Of a DNA stretch of 64,000 nt, positions 10,352-19,883 are shown in pieces. The position numbers were made by a program, and so were the translations under genes. Source of the stretch: Kiritimatiellia bacterium (lineage in GTDB: Bacteria > Verrucomicrobiota > Kiritimatiellia > UBA8416 > JADHWI01); assembly GCA_016783565.1 (NCBI GenBank), contig JADHWI010000002.1, positions 39,011 to 103,010 of the forward strand, in the 5' to 3' direction. The notes under the pieces were generated by a model that made no database searches, had not been told where the DNA came from, and saw only the letters and a program-made list of their open reading frames with translations. Position 1 is the stretch's first letter. The number at the start of each line of letters is the position of its first letter.

Positions 10352-10658
10352 CTTACTGACGAAGATTCCATGAGCAGGACCAGATGTCACGAAAAAATCC
10401 TGAAAAGCAACCCAGCATCTTCTCGTTAATGAGAAAATCGTCGTATAGCAGCATCTAAACGGCTGATAGAAAACAACCATTCTTCACCGCGATGAAAACA
10501 AAGAAAAAATATTTCCAAGGCATTATTAAAGATTGGCCCGCTAACTGCTTTACAATACAGGCGAAGAAAAAAAGCCCCTCCGGGCGCGAAAAACTGAAAA
10601 CTGGAAAGAATCCATTCGCGTTTGCCGGGTAAGGCCAAAGGAATAACGGAGAAATAAA

Positions 10659-10955
10659 ATGGAAGCTATTTACGCAGGTCTAATCACGGTATTGTTTTCG
10701 GCATGGGTATGGGATCTCAAGAGCCAGGTCGATTCTGTAAGACGTATACAACCTAGCGGCAGAGGGCACCATCCCGTCATGCATACAAATCCCGCTCAAA
10801 TGAGCAACTCACACCCTTCACATATTGTGACACCAAACCCGACACACGTCTCAAAAGCTCAGGAACACACCTTTGGCGCCACATCGGACTCACAAGAGTC
10901 AAACAACCATAATCACGAACGACACAACGGTGTGCCTGTCTGGGTGATAGAATAA
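10659..10955 (+). CDS. Small hypothetical protein, N-terminal TM helix plus His/Pro/Ser-rich tail
   Basis: 98 aa. SD GGAG lies 8 nt upstream of the ATG. An intrinsic terminator follows about 30 nt downstream. Sits in an AT-richer ~600-bp gap. Confidence 0.35.
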   Translation: MEAIYAGLITVLFSAWVWDLKSQVDSVRRIQPSGRGHHPVMHTNPAQMSNSHPSHIVTPNPTHVSKAQEHTFGATSDSQESNNHNHERHNGVPVWVIE

Positions 10956-10984
10956 TCTCCATGATAATGGCATCCTGCAATAAG

Positions 10985-11018
10985 CCCGTTGTCTTGTTTG
11001 AGGCAACAGGCTTTTTTT
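10985..11018 (+). terminator. Rho-independent terminator
   Basis: Stem AAGCCCGTTG / CAACAGGCTT (10 bp with one mismatch), 12-nt loop, followed by TTTTTTT. Confidence 0.45.
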
Positions 11019-11094
11019 CTGTTCGGAATGGTTGCATACCCCAAGATCAAAAGATATATTTTGAGTCAGGCGCACCAATCGAAAGGAACATAGC

Positions 11095-11607
11095 ATGAAC
11101 ACATGGCAACAACAGTGTATTGATGTTCTCAGGACACTCATGGGTGTCCCGCCCTCCAATCAATTGTTAATCTTCCTATCCTGCCTGGCAGTACTTTTTT
11201 TTCTGGCCGTATTTAACGGGCTGACAAAGCTTCTCAAATTCCCAGTGCGAGGTCTGCCTTACTCCCTGCTCACCACTGGCATTGTCTGCTTTCTCATTCT
11301 GGGCGGAGCATGGTTGGCACTCCTCCACATTGCACCTCTACCCTTTGTAAAAAAATGGCATCTGCTCATATGGATTCCTTATGTCGGCGGACTGATCCCC
11401 CTGTTTGCGATCGCAGCACCCCTTCTGCGCCTGTATCATCGCAGTCGCTACGGAGAAAGCATTAGTGCACTTCTCCTGACGGTACTCAGCGTAGCCTGCG
11501 CTGTAGGCATTGCCTACACGGTTAGCTTAGCCGCAAAAAAAGGCGATCGTGACTTCGATGTTGCTCGCGAACGCACCTCAACCATGAACCGATTCCTCAA
11601 CGAATAG
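11095..11607 (+). CDS. Integral membrane protein (4-5 TM), function unknown
   Basis: 170 aa, strongly hydrophobic throughout. SD AAAGGAAC upstream. Confidence 0.55.
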   Translation: MNTWQQQCIDVLRTLMGVPPSNQLLIFLSCLAVLFFLAVFNGLTKLLKFPVRGLPYSLLTTGIVCFLILGGAWLALLHIAPLPFVKKWHLLIWIPYVGGLIPLFAIAAPLLRLYHRSRYGESISALLLTVLSVACAVGIAYTVSLAAKKGDRDFDVARERTSTMNRFLNE

Positions 11608-11719
11608 ACCCTACCGGAAGCATCCTGCTGTCTGAGCGCTTGATTTCCAGTGTATCTTGTCTATCATCATCACGAATGGACAATACCCCGAGACTGGTTC
11701 TCCGGGAGGAGGAGTCACG

Positions 11720-12574
11720 ATGATGAAACATTTTCGCACCCTGATCGCCCTTTCCGCCGCCGCCATCCTAATGGGCTGCATTGACTCAACAACGGAAATA
11801 CAGATTCAACGCGATGGCTCAGGAACCGTCACAGAAACGGTGTATACCATGCGTTCCATGGAGCGCATGCTAGAAGTTCTCTCCGGCATGGCGGAAACAC
11901 TCGTCGCCGAAGATGAAAAGCTGAACGCACCAAAATCTCGACTAGACAGGCGTTACTATGTCGATCGTGCCGCCGCCATGGGAAAGAGCGTCCGCCTGAG
12001 TTCTCTTGAGAGCGTGAAACGCGGAGATGGTGCAGAAGGAGTTAAAGCAGTCTATACCTTTACGGATATTCGCTCCACATCCACCTCTCCCGAACCCTCC
12101 TTCTTCATCCCTCAACTGCCACCCCCCGTTTTGACCAACGATCCTTCCGTCGTTACGTTTGATTTCGCTTCAGAAACGCCGGCAACCCTCACGGTTCATC
12201 TTCCATGGTCACGTAAAGCAGCAACTGCTGTAACCCCTCGAAAGGTGAGACAAAGTGAATCTGCCATCAATCAGGAAGAAGCCGCCATGGTTCGTCACGT
12301 TCTCGACAGCTTTCGCTGTCGTATGATTGTGCGTACTGCCGATCCTTTAATAAAAAGTAATGCCCGTTATCAGGACCGGGACCGCCAACAAGCATCTTCC
12401 AAGCACGTCGTTCTGTTCGACCTTAATCTTGGTGATGCGGTCCGCAATGAAACGATCATGGATCAACTTGAAACGATTGGTCCGGCACGCAACATGGAAA
12501 CTGCGCTGGAAAGCTATGCCGGATTAACTGGCATGCGCGTGGAGAAGCAATCCACGGTTACGATTGAGTTTTAA
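11720..12574 (+). CDS. Lipoprotein, function unknown
   Basis: Start MMKHFRTLIALSAAAILMGC carries a lipobox (LMGC). SD GGAGGAG upstream. The ORF track starts 63 nt earlier. Confidence 0.5.
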   Translation: MMKHFRTLIALSAAAILMGCIDSTTEIQIQRDGSGTVTETVYTMRSMERMLEVLSGMAETLVAEDEKLNAPKSRLDRRYYVDRAAAMGKSVRLSSLESVKRGDGAEGVKAVYTFTDIRSTSTSPEPSFFIPQLPPPVLTNDPSVVTFDFASETPATLTVHLPWSRKAATAVTPRKVRQSESAINQEEAAMVRHVLDSFRCRMIVRTADPLIKSNARYQDRDRQQASSKHVVLFDLNLGDAVRNETIMDQLETIGPARNMETALESYAGLTGMRVEKQSTVTIEF

Positions 12575-13934
12575 CGCGAGTGGCTCCCCCCAATGGTACC
12601 GCAAGCGTCCCATCAAAGAATTCAATCACGTGACCTCTCTCGATCAGCCAACTTAAATGTGACAGCAATGCCCTGCATTCAGGCGATTCCCGAGTCTTTC
12701 CAGGACGCAATGCCTCCAGCACATCGTGGTGCTTGCATCCCGGATGATCACAAAGATGACGCAACACTTCACGAATGTCCTCAACCACGTGAGCGGGGTC
12801 CAGAGGTGTGGGCTTGTGCGCCGTAACAAAGTTCATGCCCTTGCCCTGCCCCGCCTTGAAGACATGCAAATGCATATGTTTGAATGCCGAGCGCAGTGAG
12901 AATAATAGCGATAGAGGAAATTGCTGCTCGCGCCTCAACGCCTCGTCCACGCAGCGCCGCAACTTGAGGTCATCCAGTTCGCGACAGATGTGCAGGGGTG
13001 CAACCGCCCGATGTGTCTTCCGGTACAGTTTCTTTGAAAGATGCTGCCGCAAGAACTGCTCAGCCTCCGCATAAGACACCGGCCCTTCCAACTCAGCATT
13101 CGGTTCCTTCAATGTATAAACAGTACGCTTACGGCTCGCCTCTCTCCAGTCTTCAACCAGAGCATCATCCCGCAGGGTCTCAATTCGAGATCGATACGCA
13201 CTCTCACTCATATGACTGAAACGATTTCGGTGCATCTCCCTCACCCGATCATCGTAGCTATGATGATTGGGCGGAGCCAAGAGCTCACCACTCAAGCCAC
13301 AACGCGCCACACAAACAAAATTCCCGGTCGGGGCATCCACCTCAGTCTCTTCCACCGTAAAAAACTCATCCAAATGACGCGACACAAGGTGAACCAACAT
13401 GGATTCCTGATCCGATGCAACACCCCGGCACAACTGACACTGGAAGAGATTCAATGGGGCGGTCCCGTTTCGACCTTCAAACTTAACACTGCACACCTCG
13501 GAATTTCCGAGGAACAGATATGCAATATCCACAAGGGGATAAGCACGCCGAGAAGTCGCAACCTTTTTTACGATCGTTGACAGCCCATGTTGCTCAGGAA
13601 ACAGCTTTACCTCAACCGGCAAGCGCGGTTCATCTCTACGCACGCGTTCCCGGGCATCCCGCTGCGGTCGACGGTCATCACGACCTCGAGACGGGGAACG
13701 CCTGTCATCACGTACGCCCCGACCACGACGATCGCGGGGACCTCCCTGGGGGCGTTTACGGCGCGCATCCCGGTTGGCATCCTGATCGCGTCGCCCTGGT
13801 TTACGCCCACGTTCCTCCTGTATATGCGATCCGGGTTCGCGCCGGGCCCACTGCGGCACAAAATTGAGATCAAGGATCATATCCTCGGTCACAGAAGTCT
13901 TTTGATCTACAGCTTTTTCTGAGCCGTCCTGCAT
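12558..13934 (-). CDS. Hypothetical protein with N-terminal Arg/Asp-rich low-complexity tract and C2H2-type zinc-finger motif
   Basis: 458 aa. Residues ~40-100 are RD/RG repeats (RDRRGRGVRDDRRSPSRGRDDRRPQRDARERVRRDE). FQCQLCRGVASDQESMLVHLVSRH has the spacing C-x2-C-x12-H-x4-H. Confidence 0.6.
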   Translation of the reverse strand: MQDGSEKAVDQKTSVTEDMILDLNFVPQWARREPGSHIQEERGRKPGRRDQDANRDARRKRPQGGPRDRRGRGVRDDRRSPSRGRDDRRPQRDARERVRRDEPRLPVEVKLFPEQHGLSTIVKKVATSRRAYPLVDIAYLFLGNSEVCSVKFEGRNGTAPLNLFQCQLCRGVASDQESMLVHLVSRHLDEFFTVEETEVDAPTGNFVCVARCGLSGELLAPPNHHSYDDRVREMHRNRFSHMSESAYRSRIETLRDDALVEDWREASRKRTVYTLKEPNAELEGPVSYAEAEQFLRQHLSKKLYRKTHRAVAPLHICRELDDLKLRRCVDEALRREQQFPLSLLFSLRSAFKHMHLHVFKAGQGKGMNFVTAHKPTPLDPAHVVEDIREVLRHLCDHPGCKHHDVLEALRPGKTRESPECRALLSHLSWLIERGHVIEFFDGTLAVPLGGATRVKTQS

Positions 13935-14091
13935 GTCGACTATCCTCTCATCCGCTTTACATCACCTTTAGCGACAAAAACATATGATAACCAGACCCCT
14001 CTTGTGATAAAAGAGGAATCCCTCATAAAGAAGAGGTAATTTAGCTGTTGGTGTTGAAAGAGCATATAAAGCATGTGTATAGTTCATTGGC

Positions 14092-15963
14092 ATGAGCAGG
14101 ATATTAGAAACAATTGACGAACCTTCAGATCTGAACAATCTTAATCTGGACGATCTCAAAGAGCTGGCGGAGGAAGTCCGCGAGTTGATTATCGATACGG
14201 TCAGCCATACCGGAGGACACCTGGCTGCCAATCTCGGCGTGGTGGAATTAACCATCGCCCTGTTGCGTTGCTTCGGCCAACCGCAGGATCGACTGGTCTG
14301 GGATACCAGCCACCAGTGCTACACGCATAAAATTCTAACCGGACGTCGGGACCAAATAAGCACCCTTCGACAATTCGGAGGGTTGGCCGGATTCCTGAAA
14401 CGCGACGAAAGTCCATACGATGCCTTCGGTGCCGGCCATGCAGGGACCGCCCTCTCCGCTGCGCTGGGCATGGCTGCAGCTCGCGATCGAAACAAGGGGA
14501 ATGAGCAAGTTGTAGCGATTGTCGGCGATGCTGCCGCCGGTTGCGGCATATCGCTTGAAGCTCTCAATAGTATCTCCGAAACCACGCGCCAATTCATTGT
14601 CGTTCTCAACGATAATGAAATGTCCATCTCTGAAAACGTGGGCGCCATCTCCCGATATCTGGGCGGCCTCCTCTCAAATCCCCGCTACAACCGATGGAAA
14701 AAATCCGTCGAGAGCATTGCAACACAAATGAAAATGGGATGGCTGCGTTCCACCTATTACCGAATGGAAGAGGCCATCAAAAGTCTCTTCCTGAGCAGCG
14801 TTCTGTTTGAAGAGTTTGGCCTGCGTTACGTGGGCCCAATTGATGGCCATGATTTTGAAAAACTTCTGGATGCACTGGAAGTTGCCAAATTCTCCGATCG
14901 TCCAATCCTTCTGCATGTATCCACGCAGAAAGGCAAAGGATACCCTTTTGCCGAGAAGGAACCCGAAGTATGGCACGGCACATCCTGCTTTAACGTCGAA
15001 TCCGGCACCACTGACAAGAATGATACGCGACTTTCCTACTCAACGGTTTTCGGAAAAACCATCATGCAATTCGCCCAGAATGACCCCAAGGTCTGCAGCA
15101 TCACTGCGGGCATGTGCAAAGGCACGGGGTTAACGAAGTTTGCAAAGAAATTCCCAGAACAATTCTTTGACGTGGGCATTTCCGAAGAGCATGGAGCCGT
15201 TTTCGCGGCCGGCCTGGCAGCCTCCGGCATGAAACCTTTCTTTGCCGTGTACTCCACATTCAGCCAACGCGTGGTGGATCCGATTATCCATGATATCTGC
15301 CTGCAAAACCTTCCTGTGGTTCTCTGCCTGGATCGCGCCGGCATCGTGGGTGACGACGGCCCCACCCATCACGGAGTCTTCGACATCGTTCTACTGCGTT
15401 CCATTCCCAACCTGGTCATCATGCAGCCACGCAACGAGGCCGAGCTAGCCAACATGCTTTACACCGCCTATCAACTCGATCAACCTGTCGTCATTCGCTA
15501 CCCGCGCGGAAGCGGCACCGGGGAACCCCTGCCTGAGCAATGGACCGCCATTCCCATAAGTGAAGCCGAAGTGCTTACCCCTGGCGGGGAGGTGCAAATC
15601 TGGGCCCTCGGCGACATGATTCCCTTCGCCGAAAAAGCTGCAGACATTCTGCAGAAAGAGGGCATTCGGTGCGGCATCGTCAACCCACGGTTCATCCGAC
15701 CACTTTGCACAGATCTTCTCTATCAACATGCGGCGAGCGCACAATTAATCGTTTCCATGGAAAACGGAATGGTGCACGGGGGATTCGGATCTTCCCTGCG
15801 CGAAGCACTCACCCAGCATAACAAAGCCCCCCAGGTGCTTTCATTTGGATGGCCAGACACATTTGTAGCGCACGGCTCCTGCCATGAATTAATGCAACTG
15901 CACGGCATGACCCCGGAAGCCATGGCTCAGCAAATCCGCTCTGAACTGAAATCAATGCAATAG
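14092..15963 (+). CDS. dxs: 1-deoxy-D-xylulose-5-phosphate synthase
   Basis: 623 aa. N-terminus LETIDEPSDLNNLNLDDLKELAEEVRELIIDTVSHTGGHLAANLGVVELT and a TPP-binding GDG…N motif, characteristic of DXS. Confidence 0.9.
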   Translation: MSRILETIDEPSDLNNLNLDDLKELAEEVRELIIDTVSHTGGHLAANLGVVELTIALLRCFGQPQDRLVWDTSHQCYTHKILTGRRDQISTLRQFGGLAGFLKRDESPYDAFGAGHAGTALSAALGMAAARDRNKGNEQVVAIVGDAAAGCGISLEALNSISETTRQFIVVLNDNEMSISENVGAISRYLGGLLSNPRYNRWKKSVESIATQMKMGWLRSTYYRMEEAIKSLFLSSVLFEEFGLRYVGPIDGHDFEKLLDALEVAKFSDRPILLHVSTQKGKGYPFAEKEPEVWHGTSCFNVESGTTDKNDTRLSYSTVFGKTIMQFAQNDPKVCSITAGMCKGTGLTKFAKKFPEQFFDVGISEEHGAVFAAGLAASGMKPFFAVYSTFSQRVVDPIIHDICLQNLPVVLCLDRAGIVGDDGPTHHGVFDIVLLRSIPNLVIMQPRNEAELANMLYTAYQLDQPVVIRYPRGSGTGEPLPEQWTAIPISEAEVLTPGGEVQIWALGDMIPFAEKAADILQKEGIRCGIVNPRFIRPLCTDLLYQHAASAQLIVSMENGMVHGGFGSSLREALTQHNKAPQVLSFGWPDTFVAHGSCHELMQLHGMTPEAMAQQIRSELKSMQ

Positions 15964-16011
15964 CAGCATCCGTCCCATGCGGCGACGGCCCTGCCAAACA
16001 ACAACGGCAAC

Positions 16012-16746
16012 ATGATGCCCAAAGAACGATTGGACAAACTGGTGGCTGAACGTGGTCTGGCCGAAAGTCGTGAACAGGCCCAGCGACTCATCATGGCTGG
16101 ACAAATCCTCGTTGAAGGACACCCCGCCACCAAATCCGGTCATCGCTACAATACAGAGATCACGATCGAAGCCCGCGCAACTGCCCGCTTCGTCAGTCGC
16201 GGCGGAGAGAAACTTGAAGCCGCATTGCAAGCCTTCTCTGTCGATGCAGCCGACTTAACGTGCATGGATGTCGGTGCATCCACCGGTGGATTTACCGACT
16301 GCCTGCTTCAACACGGGGCACAGCGAGTGTACGCGTTGGATGTCGGGCATGGGCAACTTCATTGGAAGCTGCGAAACGATGACCGTGTTGTTTGTATCGA
16401 AGGGTTCAATGCACGATACCTGAAGCCCTCCGATTTACCGGAGCTCATGGATATGGCAACCATCGACGCCAGCTTCATCTCGTTGACTAAGATTCTTCCC
16501 GCTGTTATAGAGGTAGTGAAGCATGGCGGACAGATTATCGCCTTAATTAAACCGCAGTTTGAAGCAGAACGAAAATTTGCTAGAAAAGGCGTGGTGCGGG
16601 ACCCGATCATCCACCAGGCTGTGGTCGACGAAATCTCGCGTTACGCAACAGAGGTTCTAAAACTTAAGCGCGTCGGAGTGCATACCTCGCCGATTACAGG
16701 ACCAGCCGGAAACGTTGAATTTCTGATCTGCTTGTATCGACCATAA
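16012..16746 (+). CDS. tlyA: TlyA family rRNA 2'-O-methyltransferase (hemolysin A-like)
   Basis: S4 domain at the N-terminus (RLDKLVAERGLAESREQAQRLIMAGQILVEG) followed by FtsJ-like MTase (DVGASTGGFTDCLL). Confidence 0.8.
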   Translation: MMPKERLDKLVAERGLAESREQAQRLIMAGQILVEGHPATKSGHRYNTEITIEARATARFVSRGGEKLEAALQAFSVDAADLTCMDVGASTGGFTDCLLQHGAQRVYALDVGHGQLHWKLRNDDRVVCIEGFNARYLKPSDLPELMDMATIDASFISLTKILPAVIEVVKHGGQIIALIKPQFEAERKFARKGVVRDPIIHQAVVDEISRYATEVLKLKRVGVHTSPITGPAGNVEFLICLYRP

Positions 16747-16767
16747 GTACAGCAACAGGGAGTACGA

Positions 16768-17631
16768 ATGAAAACTATCGGTATTTGTGCCAACATGACG
16801 AAGCCCCTGGCTGTTGCAACCGTACAGCATATCGAAAAAGCAGCAGAGCGACTGGGCCTGCATATCTTCGGTGATCCCGCAACCGCAGCTTGTGCAACAT
16901 CCGTGAAGGGAATGCCCCTGTCAGATATAAGCCAGTGCGTCGATGCAGTTCTGGCTCTCGGTGGCGACGGAACGCTTTTGAGCGTGGTACACGGATTGGC
17001 AGGGGCACCGGTTCCCATACTGGGCGTCAATCTTGGTGGGCTCGGGTTTCTAACCAGTGTAGCTTTCGATGAACTCGACCGCGCCCTTGAATGCCTCGCC
17101 CAGGGCGACATCCAAATCACCGAACACCCTCTGGTTCAAGCCACGGTAGAAAACGGCAGCGACTCACCGCACACCTTTCATGCGTTAAACGAAGTGGTGG
17201 TCGCACGAGGCACTACATCCCGCGTTGTGCCGTTGGACGTCAGGATTGATGGTGACTGGCTAACCACCTATTCCTGCGACGGCATTATTGTGTCTACGCC
17301 TCTTGGCAGCACGGGATACTCCCTCTCTGCCGGCGGTCCCATCCTGACACCCACCACGTCAGCCTTTATCATCACCATGATCTGCCCGCACACATTGGGG
17401 TCGCGACCGATGGTCATTTCTGACTGCTGTACGGTACGCATCTCAACGACAGCGGATCAATGCGAACTGATCCTGTCCGCCGACGGCCAGATTGGACAAT
17501 CGCTGGCTGGAGAACACGAAGTCGTGGTTACACGCAGCAATCGAACCGCCAGACTCATCCGGCTTCCCAACCACAGCTATTTTGCCGTGCTGAGGCAAAA
17601 GCTGCACTGGAGAGGAACCAACATCAAATGA
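16768..17631 (+). CDS. nadK: NAD(+) kinase
   Basis: GGDGTLL motif (LALGGDGTLLSVVH). 287 aa. NAD-kinase C-terminal domain. Confidence 0.85.
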   Translation: MKTIGICANMTKPLAVATVQHIEKAAERLGLHIFGDPATAACATSVKGMPLSDISQCVDAVLALGGDGTLLSVVHGLAGAPVPILGVNLGGLGFLTSVAFDELDRALECLAQGDIQITEHPLVQATVENGSDSPHTFHALNEVVVARGTTSRVVPLDVRIDGDWLTTYSCDGIIVSTPLGSTGYSLSAGGPILTPTTSAFIITMICPHTLGSRPMVISDCCTVRISTTADQCELILSADGQIGQSLAGEHEVVVTRSNRTARLIRLPNHSYFAVLRQKLHWRGTNIK

Positions 17632-18893
17632 AAACACAACTCGTCGCCACTCTCCGCTCCATTTTTACGATGCCTCTGGTACGCGAATTACTGACACTCG
17701 CCGCCGCTCTCGTGGTCTGGAAATGGTACAGCAGCGGCTTGCAGGACGCCATTCTGTGGTGCGTGTTTCTTTACGGCCTGCGATACTGGCGAAGGTCCGT
17801 TCAAATCTGGAGCCATTTCCCGGGATGGCCATTTATAGGAATCGCCATCATCGCACTGCTGTTTTTGCCTCTGAGTACCGATGCACAAGAATCCTCACGC
17901 GAACTGGTACGCATCCTGGATGTTCTGGCCGTTGCCGCCGTTCTACCGGGACTGCTGCAATCGCGTGAACACGTTCAGAAAGTCCTATTCTATACAGGTG
18001 CCGCCTTCACCCTTGCTCTGGGGGCGGACCTCGTACGACTGTGCTGGATCTTGAAGGCCAACGTTCTGACTGCGGCGCATGAATATGAACCCTTTGCCCT
18101 GGGGCATTCGCCTAATATTGCGGGTGCTGCTGCGGCTTGCAGCTTTATCATCATGTCCATTGCCGCATCGCGATATGCGGCAGAATCACCCTCCGCCAAA
18201 AAACCTGCCGTGATTCTTTATTTTGGTGCCGCATTGATCAACCTGGCCTACCTCGTGATCATTGCCTCTCGCGGCGCACAAGTTGCCTTGGCGGCTACCG
18301 CCGTTTTAGCCGCCTTTCTTTTTCCCCGCCGACACACCGTACGCCTGCTCATGGCAGGAATCGTCCTGCTCCTCATCGCCACTGCAGCACTCAAACCGGA
18401 ATGGATCAACCCTCGCCTCAAAGACCCTTTTTCCATCGAGATTCTCGCCGACCGCGACAAAGTATGGACACATACATGGAATCTATCGAAAGAACACCCC
18501 CTCACCGGGCACGGCTACGGGCACGATGTATTTAAGGAGGTCTATCATCACTCCTCGCCGCCGAAATCACGATTCCACTTCAACCATCCCCATCAATACT
18601 GGCTGAATATCTTGTTTGCAGGCGGTTGGTTGACCGTCGCCCTTCACCTGCTGGCATGGCCTTCTCTAGGCATAGCCCTGCTTAAACAGACCATGCAACC
18701 TGGGCAGATGCATTACTCGGATCGGAGCCTACTGCTGTCGCTGATTCTCCTCATCACATTCATTCATGTCTTTGGGTTCGGCGATTATCCCGGCAGCGTC
18801 ATCCGCATGTTGCTGATCTGGTTGGTGCCGCTGACGCTGGTATGCCTGAATGAACAGAAAGACGCGATGAAGAGACTGCCCGGCGCGGCTTGA
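17628..18893 (+). CDS. O-antigen ligase (Wzy_C) family polytopic membrane protein
   Basis: Start ATG overlaps the nadK stop as ATGA. About 10 TM segments plus a periplasmic loop. The ORF track extends the 5' end to 17460. Confidence 0.6.
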   Translation: MKTQLVATLRSIFTMPLVRELLTLAAALVVWKWYSSGLQDAILWCVFLYGLRYWRRSVQIWSHFPGWPFIGIAIIALLFLPLSTDAQESSRELVRILDVLAVAAVLPGLLQSREHVQKVLFYTGAAFTLALGADLVRLCWILKANVLTAAHEYEPFALGHSPNIAGAAAACSFIIMSIAASRYAAESPSAKKPAVILYFGAALINLAYLVIIASRGAQVALAATAVLAAFLFPRRHTVRLLMAGIVLLLIATAALKPEWINPRLKDPFSIEILADRDKVWTHTWNLSKEHPLTGHGYGHDVFKEVYHHSSPPKSRFHFNHPHQYWLNILFAGGWLTVALHLLAWPSLGIALLKQTMQPGQMHYSDRSLLLSLILLITFIHVFGFGDYPGSVIRMLLIWLVPLTLVCLNEQKDAMKRLPGAA

Positions 18894-18915
18894 AATCATC
18901 CCGTGCCACAGACCA

Positions 18916-19788
18916 TTATTTGATCTGCGTTACGACCACATCTGAGTGCGGATGCGCATCCAGACCCTGTACGCACCGACACGACACGACACGTTTCCGG
19001 TATCGCTCCAGGTTTGCACCTTTATGCCATTCCGCATGCCGCGAAGGGTGCCATGCATGCGTGGTAAAAGCGCGGGTGAGAATCGGTATCGGCCGCACAC
19101 CATTCATATACAACCGGCGGCCCAGATCATCATCTTCCTGCCCCCACCCTACATAATTTTCGTCAAATCCATTCACAGCCAAAAGATCGTCTCGGCATGC
19201 CGAGATATTACCGGAGGACAACGAAGGACGTGTCGGTTTAAACGGCAGGCGTAATCGACGCAACAGCGCATAGAAACAATACTTGCGTTGCTGCCCTCTC
19301 AACTTATCCCAATGCTGCGGAGCCTGCCACTGTTCGAACACTCCGCTCCTTACCGTGTCCTGCGTGAAACTCCGCGTCTCGTCTTCTGTGAGCGGAAAAA
19401 TCCGAGCAAGACAAACCCGACCGGGCGCCACATATTTCAAATGCATCTCCAGCCAATTATGATGGGGTATCGTATCCTGATCCAGGAAAGCCAGGAGATT
19501 ACATGAAGCCAAGTGAATTGCGTTATTCCGACTGCGCGAAGCACGGAAGCCTTCGTTAGGCTGCCACACATGCGTCACAGAGAATGGTAACAAGTCAGAT
19601 ATTTCTCTAACCGCCGCTGCCAATGATGGATTCGATCCATCATCCGCAATGAGCACCTCAGCAGGTAAAACGGTCTGACGCGCTAAGCCCAGCAGAACCA
19701 ACGGCAGTGTATTGAATCCTTCAAATGCACTGACAATCACGCTCATATCGCTTCTGACAGAACGCTGCTCTTGACCCACACCCATCAT
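18916..19788 (-). CDS. Family 2 glycosyltransferase
   Basis: N-terminal VIVSAFEG…ADDGS (GT-A DxD region). 290 aa. Confidence 0.7.
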   Translation of the reverse strand: MMGVGQEQRSVRSDMSVIVSAFEGFNTLPLVLLGLARQTVLPAEVLIADDGSNPSLAAAVREISDLLPFSVTHVWQPNEGFRASRSRNNAIHLASCNLLAFLDQDTIPHHNWLEMHLKYVAPGRVCLARIFPLTEDETRSFTQDTVRSGVFEQWQAPQHWDKLRGQQRKYCFYALLRRLRLPFKPTRPSLSSGNISACRDDLLAVNGFDENYVGWGQEDDDLGRRLYMNGVRPIPILTRAFTTHAWHPSRHAEWHKGANLERYRKRVVSCRCVQGLDAHPHSDVVVTQIK

Positions 19789-19883
19789 GCTTCACTCTCT
19801 TGACCGTTCACCATACAGGAAACCATCCTCACATGGATGGCTCCACAAATTTGATCATCTATTCTTTCCATTATAGCCTTGCG

